A stretch of 33,494 nt of DNA from a virus. Its lineage: Duplodnaviria; Caudoviricetes. A program made the translations under genes and the position numbers. The notes beneath the pieces were generated by a model. It did not search any database, had not been told where the DNA came from, and was given only the letters and a program-made list of their open reading frames with translations. Positions 28,255-33,494 of the stretch are shown piece after piece (positions within the stretch are counted from its first letter, which is position 1; every line of letters begins with the position of its first letter). The stretch spans positions 1 through 33,494 of the IMG/VR virus record IMGVR_UViG_3300044724_000968; one strand, 5' to 3'.

Positions 28255-30077
28255 TCACAATCTCCGTATGATTTTCCTGTGCCGCTTTCGCAGTCCACAG
28301 GTAGCCCTGCTGCCCAATCGGGTGTCCACCGCATACATTCTTCAACATATGCTTGCGCTGCATCGACCTCTTCGTCACGAACGCAGCAAACAATCGAGTC
28401 GTGTACCGTCAACACCACTTTGTATTTCTTACTTATTTTTAGCATTTGCTCGCCTATGATGCAACGTGCTAGTGCTTGGCACACGTTTTCTATTACCTTG
28501 CCACCGTATATTCTGGTGCGTCCACGGCGTGTTTTGTAGCTGTACTCAAGACCTTTTTCGCCCTGCTCACTATTTAAATTCTCATAAATAATGCTTAGTT
28601 TGCTCGGCATGATCAGCGAACTTTCTGCCGCTGCAACCTGCACCACACCTTTACGCCCAAACTGCGCGGCCCTTTTGTTTGCAAGCTGCTGCACCATGTA
28701 ATGAGCATCGCGCCATACCTTACTAATTTTGTAGTTGGCGTCACGATAGATGGTTATGATCCTACGGGCTTCGTCAGGTGCCACTTCAAACCCAAAAGTC
28801 TTTAGCTGCATCCCGAACTTCTCGGCACCCATGCCGTAACCTGCGCCAAGGATTGTGGTCTTACCAACGAACCGTTGATCCTTCGTGACATCCTCTTCTT
28901 CACAGTTGTATATACGTGCCGCCATTTTGACGTATACATCTTCGCCTTTCGCAAATGCGTTTGTGAGATCATCTTGCCCAGCGAACCATGCCAACACCCG
29001 CGCTTCGATCTGCGAACTGTCTGCCTCTACCAGAGTGCAGCCTTCGGGGGCGATCAGTGCCTTCTTTAGTTTCTTGGCGTTTGGCCCACGGCTCGGCAGG
29101 TTTTGTAGGTTTATCTTGTCAGCCCCACCCCAACGACCAGTGTGCGCGGCGTAGTATCTTACGGGGACCGGAAGCAGTCCACGTTTACAAATATCTATAA
29201 ACCTCTCTGTACGTGTTTCTTCTAAGGTACTTTTGCTACCCAAACGTGCCGCCACCAGAGATTGCACCCGATCATCATCGTGTTCTTGCAGAGCCTTGAA
29301 GCCCTCGTCAGACTTGGCAAAGGCGTACGTCTGCTTGTTTGTTGTTGGGCTGATTTTCATCGGGGGTTCCACCCCAATAGCTTTGAGCAGATCCGCAAAC
29401 TTAGGGTTCGACATAAGATCTTTCTTGTCGGTGACGTTTGCGTCACGCAATAGTTTGTCTTTGCGATCTTTGACATATTCTAAATGCTGCTCCAATAACT
29501 CAAGGTCCAGATCCAACGTGGGTTCAATGAACATCCGCAGCGTGAGGTCAATCAGTTTTAATTCTTGTCGGGGAAACACACGCCCCATCATCGTGAATAA
29601 TTTGTAGGTTAAATCTACATCGTTCTTGGCGTAGCCGCCGTACCGTGCAAGTTCTTGCTCAGTGAAATCGGTTTGACGCTTCCCTTTAGCGTTGTTGACT
29701 TCGGTGCCTTTGACGCCCACGCCGTATCGCTCTGCCACGGCTTTCAAGGATGCACTTGTTTCGATGCCGTGCAGGGCGCGAGACATGCACATAGTGTCAA
29801 ACCACACCTTTGGCTTCACGCCGTACCGCCATGAAAGTATAGCACCGTCGAACATCGTGTTGTGACACAAGATGGCGCTGTCAGAGAAGTTTATGTGTGA
29901 TAGTAAACCGGATAGTTGATGGGGATCAACTATCCACTTTGTAGCCTTGTCGTTCTTTTTGATTGCAAGGCCAATGACTTCGAAACGCCTATCACGCACG
30001 TATTCTTCCGTTGTCATCTTGGACAACGAATAATCTTTGTCGTAGTACGTTTCGAAGTCTAGGGTGTATACGTCCAT
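28251..30077 (-). CDS. polA: Family A DNA polymerase with 3'-5' exonuclease
   Basis: Exo I LDFETY, HNTMFD, TGRW, NLQNLP, motif A DSSQIEARVLAW, motif B RFVGKTTILGAGYG and motif C TVHDS. Confidence 0.95.
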   Translation of the reverse strand: MDVYTLDFETYYDKDYSLSKMTTEEYVRDRRFEVIGLAIKKNDKATKWIVDPHQLSGLLSHINFSDSAILCHNTMFDGAILSWRYGVKPKVWFDTMCMSRALHGIETSASLKAVAERYGVGVKGTEVNNAKGKRQTDFTEQELARYGGYAKNDVDLTYKLFTMMGRVFPRQELKLIDLTLRMFIEPTLDLDLELLEQHLEYVKDRKDKLLRDANVTDKKDLMSNPKFADLLKAIGVEPPMKISPTTNKQTYAFAKSDEGFKALQEHDDDRVQSLVAARLGSKSTLEETRTERFIDICKRGLLPVPVRYYAAHTGRWGGADKINLQNLPSRGPNAKKLKKALIAPEGCTLVEADSSQIEARVLAWFAGQDDLTNAFAKGEDVYVKMAARIYNCEEEDVTKDQRFVGKTTILGAGYGMGAEKFGMQLKTFGFEVAPDEARRIITIYRDANYKISKVWRDAHYMVQQLANKRAAQFGRKGVVQVAAAESSLIMPSKLSIIYENLNSEQGEKGLEYSYKTRRGRTRIYGGKVIENVCQALARCIIGEQMLKISKKYKVVLTVHDSIVCCVRDEEVDAAQAYVEECMRWTPDWAAGLPVDCESGTGKSYGDCE

Positions 30078-30574
30078 TATTTTTGACTTATTTCACCGCC
30101 AAGCGCCATGTACCCACAGACATCTACATAGTTGTCTATGTGCTTGTTGTCTCCGTGAAGCCTAGCGACCTTCATCAAAGCCAACATGACTGGTACGTCA
30201 TCGACTTTTATGTAATCACGCAGCCCAAGATGTGCGTTCCAGTACGCAGCCATCAATACAAAGTTACTTTCTGCATCGCCGTGCTGCTCGGCACGATCTT
30301 TACTGACAAGTGTCTCAGCTTCTTTGAGAATACTTGTGCGCGTAACTGACAGCGGTGGATCGAAGGGCAACTCAAGCTGTTCTTCTGGCTTCTCGCACTT
30401 CATCACTATCGACTTCGGTGCTTCTAACACCTCTTTCGGCGTACCGATCTTCTTCATCAGCATAAATACATACGCCTCTGAAGATTTTGTTGCCTTTGCA
30501 ATTTGCTTCGCGGTTGCCTTTGGGTGTTTAATTTTATACGCCCAAATCTTATCGGCTTTCTTCTGTTTAACCAT
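30077..30574 (-). CDS. DUF6378-like protein with N-terminal HTH-like segment
   Basis: ILKEAETLVSKDRAEQHGDAESNF...W...MLALMKVAR...DNYVDVCGYMAL. The N-terminus contains ATAKQIAKATKSS. Confidence 0.75.
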   Translation of the reverse strand: MVKQKKADKIWAYKIKHPKATAKQIAKATKSSEAYVFMLMKKIGTPKEVLEAPKSIVMKCEKPEEQLELPFDPPLSVTRTSILKEAETLVSKDRAEQHGDAESNFVLMAAYWNAHLGLRDYIKVDDVPVMLALMKVARLHGDNKHIDNYVDVCGYMALGGEISQK

Positions 30575-30583
30575 AATGTCCTC

Positions 30584-30772
30584 CTAGACATTTTTACCTG
30601 CAATACGCAGTTGTTTTACGAACTCTTTGAGTTCCCTTCTTGCCCGATCCCAATCCTGATTGACATTCGGGTGCTTAAATTGCGTCCTTAGACTTTCGTT
30701 TTGGTAGTGGTCCACCTCTCGACGAAGGTGACGCAAAAGTGCTTCTTCAACAGGTGTAAGTTTTTCACTCAA
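30584..30772 (-). CDS. Hypothetical protein (62 aa)
   Basis: TTG start overlapping the upstream TGA. GGAG upstream. Helical, charged product. Confidence 0.6.
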   Translation of the reverse strand: MSEKLTPVEEALLRHLRREVDHYQNESLRTQFKHPNVNQDWDRARRELKEFVKQLRIAGKNV

Positions 30773-30897
30773 AACGGTGGCTCCTCTCCCTCATAACTTG
30801 GTTTCCACGCTACGTATTCTTCACGTACGCTTACGTGTTCTTCCCGTTCTTCTACCAGCCCCATCTCCTTTAGAAACAGGGCTAGTTCTTGTGACAC
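30769..30897 (-). CDS. Small 42-aa protein missed by the ORF track (ends WKPSYEGEEPPF)
   Basis: GTG start 4 nt after the upstream stop. It fills the gap exactly and its TGA overlaps the next TTG start. Confidence 0.6.
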   Translation of the reverse strand: MSQELALFLKEMGLVEEREEHVSVREEYVAWKPSYEGEEPPF

Positions 30898-30901
30898 ATT
30901 A

Positions 30902-31399
30902 TCAAGCTGCATCTTCGTCGTCTATGCCGCGCAACGCATGAACGAGTTGTTCCATCGGTGTAACGTCATGCCCTACATGTTCGACACAGCCCCGATACCT
31001 AGCCAACCACGCAGCCAAAGCCTGTGCAGCTTGCAGTCGCAACTCTTGTTGCGAAGCTTCACTTGAAGGATCAAAAGGGATGTACCCGCCCCCATGCTTT
31101 CTGTCTTTCATGGGACTAATGTAAGCTGGGTAATCAGCTACTTTGATACGCACCTTAACATCTTTCACTGTCTCATGTTTAACAGTGATGCGAAGTCCGC
31201 GAATAAGTCCCGCAATCCGATCCTTCTCATACTCTTCGATCTTTTTGTCATCGGAAGCACCGAAGACGTAATCGTAAAATTCGTGATCTGGTTTTTGTTT
31301 TAGCCATTCACGTATTTGCGCGACATCAAGAGTATTCCTACCTGTTTCTGCCGCGTATTCATTTATAAGCCGCTGCTTATCGCTCTTCTTGAAGTTCAT
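30902..31399 (-). CDS. Uncharacterised protein directly downstream of the pentamer array (candidate accessory protein)
   Basis: 165 aa with a GGAG RBS. Motif KPDHEFYDYVF..SDD....YEKDRIAGLIRGLRITV...PAYISP...GGGY. Confidence 0.75.
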   Translation of the reverse strand: MNFKKSDKQRLINEYAAETGRNTLDVAQIREWLKQKPDHEFYDYVFGASDDKKIEEYEKDRIAGLIRGLRITVKHETVKDVKVRIKVADYPAYISPMKDRKHGGGYIPFDPSSEASQQELRLQAAQALAAWLARYRGCVEHVGHDVTPMEQLVHALRGIDDEDAA

Positions 31400-31426
31400 A
31401 TTTTCTCCATTTCAAGTTAATATTAA

Positions 31427-32257
31427 AAACCAAGCCGGACCATACCGTTTATGCGCCCCAACTCGCCGAACCCGTCCAAACCGGACCGTTCCCCGACCGC
31501 CGTAACTCTCCATGCCCAAACATATCTTACCGGACCCCGACCGCCTTAACATACCGCGACAAACCGCGACAGACCTAACCGGATCTCGCCCCGACCGCCA
31601 TGCCGAAAAACACCAAAACTTAACGGGCCGAACCGCACCATGACCGCCGTACCGAGACCCAACATGCCTGACTTACCACACCAAAGCGCACCGAAACACG
31701 ACCGCCGTAACTGACCGAACCACGCGAAACCAGAACAAACCTGACCGCACCGCACCTCGACCGCCCTACCATGCCCCACCGTGACTCAACTCGTCCCGAC
31801 ACGCCTTGCCTTGACCGCCCTACCATGCCCCACCGTGACTCAACTCGTCGCGACGCGCCTTGCCTTGACCGCCCTGACTGACCGTGATCAAACTGAACGG
31901 GCCATACCTAGACCGCCACGCCAAAAAACACCAAAACTTAACTCGCCGAACCAGAACTCACCTTGCCTAGACCGCCAGACCTTGACCAGCCGAACCCTAT
32001 ACGACCCAACCGAACCGCGACCGACATGCCGTGACCCAACTGATCATACCCCGCCCTAACAGACCTTACCTTGCCTTGACCGACACGCCGTAACCCAACT
32101 GACCTAACCCCGTCGAACCAAACCTTGCCTTGACCGACTTGCCTGACCGCAACCCACCTGACCGCTACGTGCCTCTCCACACCGCGCCTCGACCGACATA
32201 CCGAACCAAAACTCAACATAACCGACCGTAACTTACCCCGCCTCGACCGCCTTGACC
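31427..32257 (-). ncRNA. Non-coding G(G/T)Y-NN pentamer array of 15 units (putative guide RNA array)
   Basis: The delimiter GACCG(C/A)C (+ strand) starts at 31495, 31539, 31593, 31642, 31700, 31759, 31813, 31867, 31911, 31970, 32019, 32078, 32132, 32191 and 32245. Spacings are 44, 54, 49, 58, 59, 54, 54, 44, 59, 49, 59, 54, 59 and 54. Between delimiters a conserved triplet alternates with a variable dinucleotide. The repeat structure is directly seen; expression as RNA is inferred. Confidence 0.85.
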
Positions 32258-32268
32258 AAAAGGGGGAA

Positions 32269-32284
32269 GGGGCATTGCTGCCCC
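32269..32284 (-). promoter_or_regulatory. GNRA-tetraloop hairpin between the RAMP gene and the array (leader, processing site or attenuator)
   Basis: On the - strand it reads GGGGCA-GCAA-TGCCCC, followed by TTCCCCCTTTT and then the first array unit. Confidence 0.65.
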
Positions 32285-32289
32285 AACCT

Positions 32290-33126
32290 TTATTCTGCTG
32301 CAATGTCCTGTATATCCGCATCGAAGCGACGACCCATCTCTGACTTGACATATTCTACCAAGTCCGCTGTAACATCGTCGGCATACTCAGGATTATCCAT
32401 CGCTGCCTGTTGGACATCACGCCCCTCAAGCATCAACTCATCCCAAACTTTTTGTGGTGAACTGCCGTCTGGCATAAAGTCTGTCCAATCATCTCCGCTA
32501 TCGGATGTACCAACAACAAATGTGCCATAAGACCCACGGCCTTTCTCTTGCCGAAAATCACCGATACCAATGATTGCACCCGCATTGCTGAGTAGTGATA
32601 CAATACCATAGGCGCTGAGTGTTGGTTGAACATAGGCAATATCAACCTCTGCGCACCAACGCGGTAGATAACAACGCGTCCGTATGTCTGGCGTACGTTT
32701 AATATCTGCGGTGCGAACTATGTCAGTCTTTAACTGCGGCTTACCCCATATCTGAATGTGGGTTTGCGGCATAAAGATCAGACGTTGCACAGACGCCTTG
32801 GACACATTTTCTGTCTCAAGTGCTGCTGTAGCCATAGCAGCTTTGACCCCCGGAGCGGGGAAACATAGTAGTGTTTCTCCAAACTCCTTTTTGTATGCGG
32901 AGTCATAGAACTCTCTTATGGGATCATGTTTCATCCCTGTTAGCTGCTTCTTACCTTTGACCTTTTCTTTCGGTGCAGCAAGATCGCGCATTGTTTTGAC
33001 GCTCATGCTGTTGAAGTAAAGAGGTGTTGTACCAACCATCCGTAAACGGACACGACCCTTCTTGAACTGACTAATTTTAAGTGTTTGTTCTGAAGGTTCT
33101 ACGGTTTCTTTTTGCTTGAAAGCCAT
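32290..33126 (-). CDS. Stand-alone RAMP-superfamily (Cas7/Csm3-like) RNA-binding protein
   Basis: The first strand RLRMVGTTPLYF, the segment FPAPGVKAAM (cf. IPGSSLKGAL) and the C-terminal Gly-rich loop GIGDFRQEKGRGSYGTF occur in RAMP order. The gene is adjacent to the array. Confidence 0.75.
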   Translation of the reverse strand: MAFKQKETVEPSEQTLKISQFKKGRVRLRMVGTTPLYFNSMSVKTMRDLAAPKEKVKGKKQLTGMKHDPIREFYDSAYKKEFGETLLCFPAPGVKAAMATAALETENVSKASVQRLIFMPQTHIQIWGKPQLKTDIVRTADIKRTPDIRTRCYLPRWCAEVDIAYVQPTLSAYGIVSLLSNAGAIIGIGDFRQEKGRGSYGTFVVGTSDSGDDWTDFMPDGSSPQKVWDELMLEGRDVQQAAMDNPEYADDVTADLVEYVKSEMGRRFDADIQDIAAE

Positions 33127-33428
33127 GTTTGTTGTTTTCCATTACCAAGAGTTTGTAGGGTTTGCCCTACTTGTGAAAGGTTATCTTCATTGATAACCAG
33201 CGAAATGCCACCTGCTGCTGCGATGTCTTTAAGGTTTTTCTGCTGCAACGGGGTGGGCTTGTTGCTGCCAGCCTTACATTCAATACCGACAAAGAAGCCG
33301 TTGTAACATGCAACTACATCAGGCACACCGCTGCGCCCGTAGCCACCTGTCACAGGGTAAAAGAAGTAGGCACCAAACTCTTTAAGTGTAGCGACAACTT
33401 TCTTTTTTACTTTAGCTTCTGGTGTCAT
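33099..33428 (-). CDS. VRR-NUC domain nuclease (Holliday junction resolvase-like)
   Basis: PEAKVKKKV, GRSGVPDVVAC, FVGIECKAG..KPTPLQ. Confidence 0.9.
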   Translation of the reverse strand: MTPEAKVKKKVVATLKEFGAYFFYPVTGGYGRSGVPDVVACYNGFFVGIECKAGSNKPTPLQQKNLKDIAAAGGISLVINEDNLSQVGQTLQTLGNGKQQTWLSSKKKP

Positions 33429-33458
33429 GTATTTCCCGTAGTAACTGGCATCAAACGA

Positions 33459-33474
33459 GGGCGGTTTTCCGCCC
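33459..33474 (-). terminator. GC-rich hairpin upstream of VRR-NUC (possible weak terminator)
   Basis: GGGCGG-TTTT-CCGCCC on the + strand. Only a short T-run follows on the - strand. Confidence 0.4.
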
Positions 33475-33494
33475 CCGAAATTGGTAGTGTTTCA

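Noticed and set aside
31427-32244. Peptide readings of the remaining array units (e.g. KKAAEETGIS, IETKLGEAI, DGKTRIDFSI)
   Set aside because: Too ambiguous to assign without a database search. Self-targets within the window were not systematically checked.
31427-32257. Canonical CRISPR array
   Set aside because: There is no 23-47-nt direct repeat. The delimiter is only 7 nt and the intervening sequence is itself periodic. No cas1 or cas2 is present.
31427-32257. Simple microsatellite or iteron-type origin
   Set aside because: Two of every five bases vary freely while the phase is conserved. There are no identical iterons.
31546-32351. ORFs over the array (31546-31779, 31620-31826, 31781-32059, 31938-32351)
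   Set aside because: These are low-complexity Arg/Gly/Val or Pro/Thr products in several frames on both strands, with no clear RBS. They are by-products of a stop-poor 5-nt periodic sequence.

Overview
A 33.5 kb segment of a dsDNA tailed phage, probably a podovirus-like marine phage (inferred from gene content). It has two convergent modules. The + strand (1-20993) carries virion genes: tail fibres, a tail/head-stabilisation protein, an embedded holin/M15-endolysin cassette and several internal/ejection proteins, including a 2336-aa polyvalent protein with an HExxH motif. The - strand (21068-33428) carries replication genes: primase-helicase, SSB-like protein, SNF2 helicase, HNH protein, Cas4-like nuclease, family A DNA polymerase and VRR-NUC. 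The standout feature is at 30902-33126 (- strand). A stand-alone RAMP/Cas7-like gene is followed by a hairpin, then an ~830-nt non-coding array, then a small accessory gene. The array is made of G(G/T)Y-NN pentamers, cut into 15 units by a GGCG/GTCG-GTC delimiter, and 13 of the 14 delimiter spacings are 5n+4. Reading only the variable NN pairs as codon positions 1-2 gives recognisable protein motifs: the tyrosine integrase motif RFHDLRHEA, a phage PolA-like GDPYLAFA and an HTH-like EAAQLLFVSQT. This suggests a non-CRISPR RNA-guided system with a gapped, wobble-skipping code aimed at other mobile elements. All calls come from reading the sequence; no searches were run.
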